Source of the DNA: Laetmonice hystrix
Taxonomy: Eukaryota
NCBI GenBank assembly: GCA_965235115.1
Contig: OZ249436.1
Span: 11,658,001 to 11,722,000 of the forward strand
DNA length: 64,000 nucleotides
Direction: 5' to 3'
Shown here: positions 11,301 to 24,299 of the stretch, piece by piece
How the letters are laid out: each line of letters begins with the position of its first letter
Numbering within the stretch: position 1 is the first letter of the stretch
Position numbers and translations under genes: made by a program
The notes under the pieces: generated by a model
What the model was told of the DNA's origin: nothing
Databases searched by the model: none
Seen by the model: only the letters and a program-made list of their open reading frames with translations

Positions 11301-14254
11301 CAGGAAGCATTCAGCTTCCTCCGATTGAATACTCACGGCTCTTAGTGGCACAAATCTTTTTTTATAATTCACACAAATCTGTTCAGAGCTAGAGGTCTTA
11401 AATCACACAACGTGGCCAAACTGGAGTTGTTTTGCTGGTTAGTCGAGTTGTTGTTTTGACCTATAAGGCGACAGAGCTGCTCTGCGTTCGAAGCGTCGGA
11501 GTAGTTGAAACCATATTAGGACAGGACTTCCGTTCGGTGAATGGCGGCTTGGCGTGACGTCAGAAGGCGTGTGTCGTACTCGTTGTCTCCCCGGACGACG
11601 GTCCATTCATTGGTGTGGTCGGCAGGCACACCGTATAATTCTATACCCGCTGGTTATGATACGACTGTGGTCTACATCTAATCAGGTAGAGACCGACATC
11701 ACCCTCAATCTGGACTTGGTTATAATCATATGACATGACAGTGGCCTCAGAGTAGGGGGGGGGGGCGATTGCGCCCCCCCCCCACACACACACACTTTTT
11801 CAGCTTTTTCCCTTTTTTTCTTCACAATTCACCAATGGAACAGATCATTACATATAAGTATAACAAGGATTTTGATAAGGGGGGTTCACTGGTAGAATTT
11901 GCTAAAGGTGGGGGCAGGGGCATGGTCTATTCAGAAAGATCTATGGGCGAAAAAAAATTGGTTGCCAAGGAGGGTTTGAACCCAATCGAATGATAGCATG
12001 AGGTGAGTCGATCATCACCGAATCTTGACGATAACAAAACATGGTGTTTAGTCATCAGACAAGCTAGAGAGTTTTGTTTAAACAAAAGGTACGGAACCCT
12101 TACCCATCCCCCTCTCTGAGGGTACGTCAATATACACTGTTCCTGTCAATAATATACTCTTCCTGTCAATATGTACACTTCCTGTCAATATACACTCTAC
12201 TCTTCCTGACAATATGTACACTCTTCCTGTCAACAAAATGTCAACCCGCGAGGTATGATGAGAAATCTGCATACACAACGTAAGATATTCAATATATGTT
12301 GTAATAATGAGTTGGAACAGTCGGTTTCAATCGTACCTGCGTCAAAATGTCTGTCTGGTTTACCTCGTACTGCCCCGGGCCTGCACTTATTGACTGTAAT
12401 AATTATTTCCATGGTAATTATGTGCTCATGAGGCATTCTTTTCTTTACGGTCTCAAGCATATATACATGTATATAAAACACTTGAGGCACAGCGGTCCAC
12501 CACCTCAAGGACAGCACCTGTCCTGAACACCACGTTTTGTCATTGGTTTGACCCGCACGCTCCGCTATCCTGCAATGGGAGACGCGCCGTTCAGGACATG
12601 GCCCCCTGTTGGGAAATCGCTATTAAAAAAGGAGGGAGGTTAGACTGAAGGCAAATTGGGTTGGACCAGTCAAGCCGCTTCTTAACCCAACCCAACCCAA
12701 CAAAAGAAAGCGCCACGAGTAGACATAAAAATTGGTTTTTCTCATTACATGTTAAAGGATACACAATAAAACAACTCGAGATGTGATTTTTTTTATAGCT
12801 TCCAGCATACTTGCTGCGCACGTATTAGAACGTTGGCGGCATCTTGGTTATTTCAGGGGGTAGGGGATGAGTAAGGCCTTGAAATGTTGCAATCCCGCCT
12901 TGAGACTACGACAGGGCTTTGGGTTATATTTCTTGTCACACTGCCAGCTTCTCGTCTCGCTGTGGTGTCATAAGACTTGCCAAGTTTGAAAGCTGGCAGG
13001 TGCCTCGCACAAGCCACATAAAGAAGCTTCTTGTTGGTATTTCCGAGCCTTCCCCCTAAAGGCCTTCATGCTGCCATGAATTTTGACATGATTCCCAACG
13101 ATTTCTTGTACAGCAGCATTGAACGTATTGGGACAGGAGCAAAATTAAGAGACCGCGTTTCTTTATGCGTACACCTTGCCTGGACGAGCCCAGGGATGGA
13201 AGTTTGGTGGCAGGATGAGAAAGAGACGCCAAAAATAATTGAGTGACAATTGTAACCATGTGTTGAAAAGTGCCACCGCCAGGGCAAGCCATAAATGCAT
13301 ATAGCTTTCAATTTCTGGTGTAGTCCTTCAGTTGGCCTAGAGCTGCTTTTTTTTTATATATTATTTGAAGATAAGTTGTGACTCGCCACGTCTGTATACC
13401 AGCTAATGATACCAGTGAAAGGAAGGTGGAAGATAAGCAAATGCTGGAGTACTCGTTATGGGATACCCTTCAGACTTGGAAGGGTGAAGTGTCCATGTCA
13501 TGAGTGAGTCATGGGGTAACCGTGCGCTTACACCGCCATCTTGTGGCGACCAAATGCATCAATATAATGATGATTAACACCTTTCCACCTGTTCACCTTG
13601 GTGAACTTCACTCTGTTTCATTTCATTTTTTTTTTCAATACAGTGCAAATGATTTTAGTGGGATGTCACATCATCCAGTTGTATGATTACCAATGATGTT
13701 TCATATTTTGTCAGCGGATTTGAGATAATCACCAGTTGACTCAGTAGTTTTGATGATTGAGCTGGTCTCATACAGGATGCGTGATTCACTCTGTATTGTT
13801 ATGTGATGTGTTGTAGGTGAAGAAAGAGAACGGTACAAGATCTAGCAGGAGCAGTCGCGACGAAATGGATTCGTCACCTACACACGTTATCCAGTACACT
13901 CTGAGCTCGCAAATATCGGACGACAACCTCGTATCACTGAGTGTCCGCGAACTTAACAGACTCTTGCGAGGCCTTGCAAAAGAAGAGGTGTCCAAGTTGA
14001 AGCAGCGGAGGCGCACGCTGAAGAACCGAGGGTATGCGGCAAGTTGTCGAGAGAAGCGCATTTCTCAGCGTGAAGAGCTCGAAGTTGAACGCAGCGTTTT
14101 GCGACGAGAAGTTGACCGACTCCAGCATGAGAATCTCGAGGTGCGCCAGGAGCTCATCGCTCTACAGGAAAAATATGACGCTCTTAAAAACTTTGCCAAC
14201 TCTAACCAACCGATCTCCAAGGTGACAGTTATTAAAAAAGAATCTTGTGAATGA
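8315..14254 (+). CDS. MAFK: Small Maf bZIP transcription factor (MafK/MafG/MafF-like); coding exons 8315-8395 + 13817-14254, about 172 aa
   Basis: Exon 13817-14254 follows ttgtag and encodes the Maf extended homology region and basic zipper ([21 protein letters not shown]...[21 protein letters not shown]). GYAASC is small-Maf type, and the exon begins VKKE as in vertebrate MafK. Upstream exon 8300-8395 has a tttgcag acceptor, a gtgagt donor and ATG 8315, and is phase 0. Paralogue identity (K/G/F) cannot be resolved. Confidence 0.88.
12127..12232. repeat. Degenerate tandem repeat of about 20 bp
   Basis: CAATAT(A/G)TACACTCTTCCTGT-like units, about 5 copies. Confidence 0.8.
13817..14254 (+). 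CDS. MAFK: Small Maf last coding exon (EHR + bZIP)
   Basis: AG acceptor at 13815-13816, open frame to TGA at 14254, diagnostic Maf bZIP sequence. Confidence 0.95.
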   Translation: MKKENGTRSSRSSRDEMDSSPTHVIQYTLSSQISDDNLVSLSVRELNRLLRGLAKEEVSKLKQRRRTLKNRGYAASCREKRISQREELEVERSVLRREVDRLQHENLEVRQELIALQEKYDALKNFANSNQPISKVTVIKKESCE

Positions 14255-15651
14255 AGTATGTTTGGTAAGACATGAGCTCTTCAAGAAATTGCCCAGGGAA
14301 GATGGAATTACTGTCCTACTCGGCAGTGCTCAAATGAAGCAAGTCTGTTAAGGGGAGAGGTTGCCGGGAATGTTCCAAGTCATGGAATTGTCCAGTGGCC
14401 GAGGATTACAAAAGCTGTCATGGATGGGTCCTAACAAGATTCACGCAGTTTTGAAAGGTAATGGACGTCGCCATTGGTGCTTTGCATTGAGGGGGGACCG
14501 ATGCCATTTCAGTAATGTGATCTTTTGAAAAGATCTCAAAAACGTCATTCCCTGAGTGTATGGAAGGCTATGCTTTCTGAACTGGATTCCGTAAGTTTTA
14601 ATGGGTGCGGCATATTAGTGGTCGTTTGACATGAAAGAACTAATGATGGAATGGTGCATATCAGGCTGAGCAGTTGTTGCCAGTGATTTATACCAATATG
14701 ATTGGGAAAGATTTGAACTGAGTATTTAGAACTCTACTTGTATTATAAGTTTGCTGACCCTGTGCATCACCTATTGTTAATAGGCATGTATATCAATGGC
14801 ACTAGGCAAATAAACATCCAAGACACTCAGCAGCAACAACTAAAAAAAAAGAAAAAAAAAGGACGCTCACCATCAGGCTCTCTTGGTAACAGGTCCATTA
14901 CAAGTCTAGTATTTAAACATATAAATTATTGCTCCAGACATTATCTGTCATTGTTATCATCATTATTATATTATTCATTTATTATTACATTGTATTTTAT
15001 GTACTATACTACCAGTATATTTACGAATCGAACATTACCATTAGTAACCACTGAGCTGGGAACAGCTCTTGATCGCATTCCAGATTTGGATCACTCCAGT
15101 AGTAATGCTAATGCCTATCACTTCATTGCCGTCATTACCATTAGCATGTAGCTACCACGACATTAATCCCATCTTAAAATAATTGTAGCTTGAGGTAGCT
15201 GACTTGTCTCATGCAAATTGATCGGACAGGAGTGGACTTTACGGGCTTCGGAAAAGGTTTTAGCAAGGCAGATGGGTGATTTTACGCAAGGAGGGCTTCA
15301 TTGTACATATAAATCATGGCCCAGGACTGACTTTTTCTTTTCTGATGAGTGATTGACCATTTGCCTTACAATGAATAATATGGCTGGCATTGTCCAGAGG
15401 AACGGTCAGAGGTCATGGCTGCTTTCCAGGGTGCTGTAGTTTTCTGTTTTCAGTGACTTGAGCTCTAGTCAATTCTGATTGTTCTGGCAAGAGTCTTCTT
15501 TTGAATACAAAATATATCTTTTACAAGAGATATATTCTTTGAAATGGTGCATACGCATGATGTAGATCGTAGATTTCCAAGATATAGGCTATCGTTGTAA
15601 TTAGTCGATGCTGAAGATGGCTTTGTAAAGGAGTTTGGATTGATGGACGTC

Positions 15652-15740
15652 ATTAAGACTACGTAATTGGAGAGCCAGTAATTAAGACTACGTAATTGGA
15701 GAGCCAGTAATTGAGACTACGTAATTGGAGAGCCAGTAAT
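15652..15740. repeat. 29-bp tandem repeat x3 in the presumed Maf 3' UTR
   Basis: ATT(A/G)AGACTACGTAATTGGAGAGCCAGTA. Confidence 0.9.
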
Positions 15741-16987
15741 AGAGATGTAGATGTATCAGGGGCTCAGAGCCTAGTGGTTTTGATCAGCGCATGTGTACAT
15801 ATAAAATGCCTTTTTTTGTGAAAAACAATTGAAAATAGTGTGATAGTAATTTAGCGCGGTTGACTTTCATCAAGTTAATATTGTGAGACTGGTAGGGTAG
15901 TCTCGGTTGAACTTCCATCCATCTATCCATCCGCCCATCCATTGAGCCAATCGAGTACATCCTGTATCACCTGACAGTATGACTCCATGAGTCTGACGGT
16001 GGTACGATAGGCCAGGCCAATGGAGCAGGGTGGTTGCTTCCAGCTTGCAGGGAATTTGTGCATCTCCTGCCCATCAGGGATGTATTCAATGACTTGCGGC
16101 AGTGTCCGACCCAGGCTGAAGGTGGTACTAGCTCCCACGGCGGAGTAGTAAATGGGGAGTTTGGACGGCCAGGTCGGCACGACGACCGACTCGGGACTCA
16201 AGTACCCAGTCGTGTGTGCGCAGTTAAACAACGACGTTCCATCCAATTCTAGTTACAATTTTAGATGTCGTGTAACCACTATTTACGTGCAAAAAAGAGT
16301 TTTTTCGCGGAAATCCCATGTGTTTGCAGACATTATGAAGTAAATGGGAAGTACTTGGTATACTCTGTGATATTATTCTGAATTAAATTGAATTGAGGAA
16401 AAATATTTTTGCAGCCTTTAGCTGATTGTGGAATAGCACGGACTTTGACTTTGTTTATGTATCAGCCTGACCTAAAGTGTTTTCAGCTCTGACTTCTTTC
16501 ATTGGTGAAAAACTGACTATTTTTGGCTTGGTTATATGGTGTAGATATTACACAGGTTAGAACAAATAGGTTCGAAGATCCGTGCCATTTCTCTATTCGT
16601 AAATTAGCGGAGATAACGCAGTTTGTCGTTACCTATGGGCCACCGAAATATCATACAGTTGTGAAGATACTAACACTGAAAATATTGTATCGTTTGCTAT
16701 TAAATTGAACATATTGACACGGATAGAACGACCAGACTGAAAATGTATTGTCATTGTGTATTATGTATAGAATATGAATGCCAATTTATTTTCTGGCCAT
16801 TCATACTTGTCTTGCACGAACTTTATCCAAGAGAAAACGTCACATAGGGTGGTTTTCCCAGCTTATGGCCATATGCCACAGTGCCTGCGGATTTCAATAT
16901 TCACATGACTACATTGATAAGATATATTATCTTATATATTGCTCTCTCTGTTAGTACTAACAAAGAAAAAGGGGTATGCATATTATG

Positions 16988-16993
16988 AATAAA
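16988..16993 (+). terminator. Candidate polyadenylation signal of Maf (another at 18704-18709)
   Basis: AATAAA downstream of the stop in AT-rich sequence; usage unverified. Confidence 0.3.
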
Positions 16994-18964
16994 GAATAAG
17001 CCGTCCTTGCATGTATTTTGCAGGACATTGATTAACCAGTTTGAAAGGGCGAACAATTTGTTTCTATAGTGTTTCATTCAGAGTTTCAATTGGTGGCCAT
17101 ATTTCATGTGAATATATATTCACAGATCTTACAAAGAAATAATTTATTGTGAATTAGCTTAGTACGTATTGCAAGGTTGCTTGAATACGTGAAAATATTG
17201 ATGCACCCAGCTTCGTGGAGGGAAAGGGTTTGGTCAATGACAAACTATTAGTGTTTTCAATAGTCCATCCTAGCAGCCTGTAAGAGCTGGCAAGTGGTAT
17301 TAGAATCTGTATGCTTGCACACGGAGTATATTTAGTCTCGAACAGGCTTAAATCTAATGGCCCTGGCACTCAGACGTGCATTTGTGAGTATTAACAAAAT
17401 ACTGGGAGAATATGGCAGGGTTCAGGTGCCACATGTCAGGGTAAAACGTTAAGTGTTCTCAGCGTAAAATGTACAAAGGTTCTTAATTTAAGACTTAGTG
17501 TGAGATTGGACAAGTTAGTTGGAAAAAAAAACTTGAGGCATCATGAGAAGTCGGCTTATAATGTGATTGAGTAGAAGGCATAGGTTTTATAACGCAAGTT
17601 AGATTGAAATCATAATGAAGGATTATGAAGGAATAGAGTCAAAGTGTGATAAGTGCCTATCTAATAGTAACTCCTCCTCACATACACGCACAGACACGCC
17701 GTTTGGCAGGAGGAAATGCGCCCTTCACCATCATACATTGTAATAGCGCGGAAATTTGGCAAAATGGGCCTCGCTGGTTTTCATTGTGGGCGTACCCGGA
17801 GTAGACTACGACTGTTGAAAGAACGTACTTGACCACAAAAAGTAAAGGTTTCCATACCGTCATTGTTTTGTTTGTTGGTTAGGATGGGTGTAGTCCCTCC
17901 CAACCCAACCTACACATGATGACCGGATGGAAGGGCATTACAAGTAAATGTTATCATTAGGCTGGCTGCATATCTAACCAGACTAGCCCTTTCTGTCCAA
18001 CCATGCAAGCCTCAAAATCATTGCCAATCGAATTTAACAAGTAGCTTGCTTAGATTTCAGAGTTCTTAAAAGAAAACCTATTTAAAATAACCGATTACTT
18101 GCACTGTCATTACCAACGCGGACGTTCGGATCGCCAGGTATCGGGGTCCACATAATGGAACCTCGTTACGTGTTGTGTATACGACTCACAGGTCCGCCGC
18201 CCAAGTCCACACGGTTAGCTAATGTAAGGCGCAAGCTAAAGTTTGGAAGACATATGAACGCTGCTTTTATTATGAGGGGAAATTTATATTTTAAAGCGTT
18301 GTCATCATCCAAGTATCCATTTTTGCTCATTATGTGCCATTATCGCTGTCCCAATTAACGGACAAGGGTGACAAAAGTCACACAAGACAAAATGGGTGCA
18401 GTCTTGCCTACGTAAACTGCCTGGATCGTGCCTGACATAAACTTTCTGGTTTTTGGTTTGTTTTTGTGGGTAATTTGGTTTGAGGAGTAGAGTCTGGAGT
18501 TGAGAGTTGGAAAGGTACGTTACCATTGAAAGGTGGGTTAGCGGTGAATGCTGCCCTTGGTTCAGTCCGCAGGAGATGTTTGCAGTGAATGCTTACCGTG
18601 TGTGTGTGTGTCTTACCGGTATACGCTGGATGTTATGTCTCAGCACGGGACAGTGTTGCCAATGTGCATGCAGTCAAAGAAAAGCTAGACACAGTGCCTT
18701 GGTAATAAAAGTATAATTTATAAGATAAACGAATTTATTGCCTTGTTTGTACCAATCTAAAGAAAACACATAAAGGGGTCGTATGCATTGGACCGGCCGG
18801 CCGATCTTAGAAATATACCGGGTTGGTTGGCTGTCGTACATTTAAAGTAGGCTTTATTAAGATATTTTAGTGTGACCAAATGTATTGCATTATGTATGGA
18901 GATTTTTTTCCACCGCGACCAACCATATACCGGTACTTACACAAAATCTAAAGTTTAGACGCTT

Positions 18965-19247
18965 GCCGGTGTCCCATATGAAACGTACCCCCTCGAATTG
19001 GTACCCCCCCCCCCCCGGTCCAAATTATATATATAATATGTACCCCCGGTTAGTTAGGGTTAGTGTTAGTTAGGGCAATTTTCTGCCTTACTACCACTGT
19101 TCTGCACGGGGGGGGGGGGGGGGGCATTTTATATGGAGGGGGTATATATTATCTAGATAATAGTTACCGGGGAGGTCAATATTATCTACATAATAGTTAC
19201 CGGGGGGTAGGTTTTATATGGGGGTATATATTAGATGTCACACCGGC
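18965..19247. mobile_element. MITE-like element with imperfect TIRs
   Basis: GCCGGTGT..TACCCC at the left and GGGGTA..ACACCGGC at the right; internal GGTTAG repeats. Confidence 0.6.
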
Positions 19248-19652
19248 TGATGGGTATGACGCCTTATATGTACCCACATCTTTGAACGAGCATCCATGAC
19301 CAACCAAACTAGGTGAGCTCCCGTGAGTCTTTAAACTTTAACAATATAAATTCTATATTAGGCCCTATCCCCCAAATGAAAAAGAAAAGCTAGATCCCAA
19401 GCATTATCATAATTCGGGCCATTTTAGTGCGAAATTGGACCTGGCATACTACAGGACTAAGTTAAAAAAAAGCCTTGCCGGTCATTGAAAAATAATAAAA
19501 AGTCAGTGATGAAGATGTTTCATCTGGTTATGAATAAAATCGTAATAAAAAGGAGCTGCTGCTATTTTTTCTTCCCTTCCTTTCCGTATTGACTGGACTT
19601 TTAACATACCCTGGACGTTACAACCTGATTACCTGTGGGAGGGAAGGGGGGG

Positions 19653-19775
19653 TGTGGCAACGAAAAATGTCTCAACTGCCAAAAATGTCCCAATCACAGA
19701 TTTTGAGACATTGTTCGTATGTATGATACGAAAAATGTCTTAAAATCTCTCGTTGGAACATTTTTCGTTGCCACA
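19653..19775. mobile_element. 123-bp MITE
   Basis: Perfect 18-bp TIR TGTGGCAACGAAAAATGT, with internal AAAAATGTC sub-repeats. Confidence 0.7.
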
Positions 19776-20339
19776 GGGGGTCCATTAAAATCGATTGTTT
19801 ATGTGTGAAAGGCCCTATAGACCCTTACAGGGTGTCCCCAGTGAAAAGGTCAATGTAGCATTGTGCATACATTGAGTTTCATCGAATCTGATAGGAAATC
19901 ATTTGACATAGAACCTAGCCTTTATTCCACCAACCCCGTTTATGCCATTGAGTAAATCAGGATGTCACCAGGAATGGTACCCGTGATTTACTGGAAGGAA
20001 CACACAACAGTAATTCGATCAACGAAAGACGTTAACTCCCTGATCAACACCTCGTAGTTTTCTGTCGGATCAGGAAGTATATGTAACTCCAAGCTCACCA
20101 GAAAAACGTGGTATCCCGCACGCCAAATGTAGTATCACAGCCGAGTTTTTAAAGACATTAACTGAGTAATGCGTTGTTAGAAGACCGTATCTGCTACAGG
20201 AAGATGTGGTTTTGTCAGAATAGGTGTCTTGGGTTACCTAAAACGTTTGTGACTATAACTATTTAGTTGCTGTGCTTACGATGGCAGTGGTTCTCCAACT
20301 CCTACTGGCAGTGGTTCTCCAACTGATGCAAAATGAACA

Positions 20340-21021
20340 GTCAGTCACCAATCGTCATCACCTTTCCCTTCAGTCCTTCCGTCGGTGACGCCCCAATCAT
20401 CACCTTTCCCTTCAGTCCTTCCGTCGGTGACGCCCCAATCTGCCATGTCAGTCACCAATCGTCATCACCTTTCCCTTCAGTCCTTCCGTCGGTGACGCCC
20501 CAATCATCACCTTTCCCTTCAGTCCTTCCGTCGGTGACGCCCCAATCTGCCATGTCATCCACCAATCGTCATCACCTTTCCAGTGGGGGATCCAGGATTT
20601 TGATAAGGGGGGGGGGCCCACCTAAAAAGTTTTTTAGCCTCGCTACGCTCTGCGTGATTTTATTGTAATCATGGCCATTTTGGGCCCCTTTTGGTCTATT
20701 TCAATGCTGCATGACCCAAAGTTATGTTGCTCCTGGATGACTGAGGAGGCCCTATTGGGCCCGATGTTGCTATCACGTACAATTTAGGAGGCTTTTTTAC
20801 AGAATTTTGTTGGAATACTGGTTTCAGGGTCCGAATAATGCATCTTTGTACAAAAAAGCGGGGAAAAGGAAAATTTAAGGGGGGGCCGGGCTCCTTGGGC
20901 CCCCCTGGATCCCCCAGTGCTTTCCCTTCAGTCCTTCCGTCGGTGACGCCCCAATCTGCCATGTCAGTCACCAATCGTCATCACTTTTCCCTTCAGTCCT
21001 TCCGTCGATGACGCCCCAATC
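20340..21021. repeat. Compound minisatellite (42-bp core, 23-bp linker) interrupted by a MITE
   Basis: Core ATCACCTTTCCCTTCAGTCCTTCCGTCGGTGACGCCCCAATC at 20357, 20399, 20464, 20506, 20571 (split), plus one more after the insertion. Confidence 0.92.
20581..20919. mobile_element. MITE, CA..TG ends, 5-bp TSD CTTTC
   Basis: TIR CA(G/C)TGGGGGATCCAGG. The empty site is recoverable from neighbouring repeat units. Confidence 0.85.
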
Positions 21022-22255
21022 TGTGCGGAAGACTGTCGGTCCGGTGTCGTCCGGCAAACCGAACGTTCCTTCCATTCGGAACTTGACAAGTCCTGCCAAA
21101 CAATGATGAAGTGTGAAAGGAATGGAAGTCCGCCGGAATGGAAGTCCGCCGGACCAGAATTTCTTGGGTATGCAGGTCATATAGGTCGTCCACTTCGTGG
21201 TATAAAATAATGTATAATTAAGAAAATACAAATGAATCAGGTTTAAGGTCAGGATTATGAAGGTATATTCACTTAGGCCTAATTCAACACCATGGACTTC
21301 CAGTCATAGGAATGCAGATCAGCCGGATCTATATTTTGGGGATCGCAGGTCCATGGAACCTGCATTCCAGGTGGACTCCTGCTAGACGGCACTGGTTTAT
21401 TTTCTGTTGTAATTTAAACCCCGGTTACCTGTAACCCAGAACGGGTTGTGTTAACCCCGTGAAACAACCCAAGTTTGTTACCCAATTTTTGTGTTGAAAG
21501 TCAACCGTACCAATTTCAGTGCATGACAGAAATTCCAAAATTTTCCTCACTTTGATGTTTCTTCCGGTTTCTTATACCGGGTACTTGTTTCTTGCCAGAG
21601 GGGGCGGGGGGTTTCCAAGAGTTTTAGGTACCATACATCCTTGCAATTTTTCTCCACCAAACGAACACGCACAATAGAAGAACGGAATGAAAGAAGAGAA
21701 AGTCGAATGAGGGGTTCATTCAGTAACATGACGGAGCATAAAAACGAATGAAAAGTTCTCATGGTTAGTCCGACTCTGCTCCTGTAAGTATTTTCATATC
21801 GGGATTTATTCAGCCCCTCCCCCCTCCCCCATTGGGGGTTATTTTTAGGGTTACGGTAGATAGGATTCTATTTCGGGTGCTTGGCGTATAGTCAGGTTCA
21901 CTATGCTAAATTTTGAACGTGTTTTATTCTTTGGGTGTAGATTAGCAAAACTCTGATTTAGCGCTAACCGCTTTTTGCGCGATGACACTTTATGGACCTC
22001 AACGATCGCGTTATAACGGGACCACGTTTTATTATATTACTTAAATTATAAATGTTATACTTTTATAAACACGGATTCCCGAGTCCCGACTGTCATGAGA
22101 GACACGCCAAACAAATAATTTTGCGTAAAAGCCTCATGAACAACACGTTCAGACAGATTAAAACAGATTTCAAGGGGGCCTAAATGACTTGAATACAGGA
22201 TGTCCACTAAGAATGTCCAGGCCAGAACAGGCAACCCCAGGATTTATCTTTCCCC

Positions 22256-22439
22256 GGAACCTGATGGAAAATCTTCTTACCTAACAAATAGTCTTCATTT
22301 CATGAACATCGGTCAAGCGAGTCAAAAGTTATGTCATTTTTGACCTTGCTGTGTCAGAAAAGACATAACTTTTGATTCGCTTGACCGATTCTAATGAAAT
22401 CAAGACTATTTCTCATGTAAGAAGTTTCCCATCAGGTCC
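22256..22439. repeat. Long inverted repeat / foldback (arms of about 87 bp, 8-nt loop)
   Basis: 22256-22344 is an imperfect reverse complement of 22353-22439. Confidence 0.88.
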
Positions 22440-22461
22440 TTGGAACACCATGTATAGGCGA

Positions 22462-22720
22462 AGGAGCGGGTGGTGTGATAGTGGCTTGTAGAGGAGAGGG
22501 GCGGGTGGGGAGATAATGGCTTGTATAGAGAGGACAGGAGCGGGTCGGGTGATAATGGCTTGTCTAGGGGAGAGGAGCGGGTGGGGTGATAATGGCTTGT
22601 CATGGGGAGAGAAGCGGGTGGGTGATAATGGCTTGTCTAGGGGAGAGGAGCGGGTGGGGTGATAATGGCTTGTCATGGGGAGAGGAGCGGGTGGGGTGAT
22701 AATGGCTTGTTTAGGGGAGG
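22462..22720. repeat. G-rich minisatellite of about 37 bp, about 7 copies
   Basis: GTGATAATGGCTTGTCTAGGGGAGAGGAGCGGGTGGG-like units. Confidence 0.9.
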
Positions 22721-22857
22721 TGGAAAGAAGAGATACAAAGGTCTGCTGCTACTTCTTATTATCGGCATGTCTGTAAGTTTAAACCTAGTTTAGAGTTATT
22801 GGGTCAAAAAAGAGGAGCTGCTGTCCAGAACCGATTCCGAAATAAGGGTGCAAGCCT

Positions 22858-23134
22858 TTCTTGGTCAGCCTCAGCCATGCAGGTCTGATGGCGCCAACTT
22901 CTTGGTCAGCCTCAGCCATGCAGGTCTGATGGCGCCAACTTCTTGGTCAGCCTCAGCCATGCAGGTCTGATGGCGCCAACTTCTTGGTCAGCCTCAGCCA
23001 TGCAGGTCTGATGGCGCCAACTTCTTGGTCAGCCTCAGCCATGCAGGTCTGATGGCGCCAACTTCTTGGTCAGCCTCAGCCATGCAGGTCTGATTCTTGG
23101 TCAGCCTCAGTCATGCAGGTCTGATGGCGCCAAC
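22858..23134. repeat. 41-bp minisatellite, about 7 copies
   Basis: TTCTTGGTCAGCCTCAGCCATGCAGGTCTGATGGCGCCAAC; the sixth copy lacks 10 bp. Confidence 0.95.
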
Positions 23135-24105
23135 TTCCAACCTTCTTCAAGCGATCCGCGTGGAGGGAGGGAATGACCTCAGAGAAACATGGACAAATTT
23201 TGATTGTGAAAACTCCTGGAATCACGACTGCGGAATCGAAACTGGTGGCTGCACTCCCGATACATTCAAGGATTGACGCGCGTGACTTTCGAATCTCGAG
23301 ACAACCATCCGTCAGGGTAATACGCACCAGGAGACGAGACTTCATTCACGATGTCGAAGGCAGCCTACCTTCCTCTTCCGTTACACAAATATCCGTGTAT
23401 AGCAGTGGCGTATCCAGGGGGGTTCCAAGTATCCCGGAACCCCCCCCCCCCCTTAGAAATTACTATATTAAGCATATTTTGGTTAAAAAAAAGGGGGTGT
23501 AAAATGCATTAGTTCAACCAAAGGAAACCTTCATATTTCCACACAAGATGTACCAAGATTGCATTATTTGATGTGTTTTTTTTTAATTTCCCAGAGAACC
23601 ATGGCCTAATGGCCATCTCTGAAGTACCTAAACTTCGGAAACCCCCCTTAAAAAATTCTGGAAAACTTCTATCGCGAAATATTGCTATAGAATATAGAAG
23701 GGCGGCTGTAGATGGCGTGCACGCCATGGACTAGGTGCATGGAGAGGGGGAATTCTTACTCACTTCACTGTCTTCCAGTGCCATGTCGGCTGGTCGATCG
23801 GACTATAAACAGACAAACAAACTATAAATAACTAATTTAATTATTAATAACTAATATAATATAATATATAATAAAATAATGAAATAAACAATGAAATAAA
23901 TACGGAAATAATGACAAATAAGAACGCGTAGCCTATACGTAGATGCCAGATTTGAGGGGGGGGGGCATAAAAAGATCGAGTGTTTTAAGCGGATTTTGTG
24001 GGGGGGGGGGGGGATATGCCTAGTGAGGGGGGGGGAGCCTAAGCCTATAGGCCTAACCAAGAAAGGACGAATTTAGCGCGGGGCAATGCAGCCTTTTCCG
24101 AGTCG

Positions 24106-24299
24106 CAGCTCTAGCCGTAATTGGGGGGGGGGGGGGAGAGACTAGGGAGCTTAAGCCCCCCCCCCCAATATTTTCAGTGTTACCTAATAATTATCCTACT
24201 TATACCAGGGAGAACCTTGGATCTGTTCGTCGAGCCCCCTCAATAATTCAATGGCAATTATCTAGCCCCCTCAATAATTTGATGGAAATTACGGGCCTG
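24106..24299. mobile_element. MITE, CA..TG ends, 5-bp TSD AGTCG
   Basis: CAG...CCGTAATT and AATTACGGGCCTG termini, AGTCG on both sides, G/C tracts inside. Confidence 0.65.

Noticed and set aside
11950..12050. tRNA gene on the minus strand (GGTTCAAACCC..CCA followed by a T run)
   Set aside because: Only a B-box/T-arm-like piece is present; I could not build an acceptor stem, D-arm or anticodon arm.
14738..15151. 137-aa ORF
   Set aside because: Non-ATG start, low complexity (poly-A and TAT runs), and it lies in the presumed Maf 3' UTR.
18694..18700. miR-124 seed match GTGCCTT beside AATAAA
   Set aside because: A single 7-mer is expected by chance, and the UTR extent is unproven.
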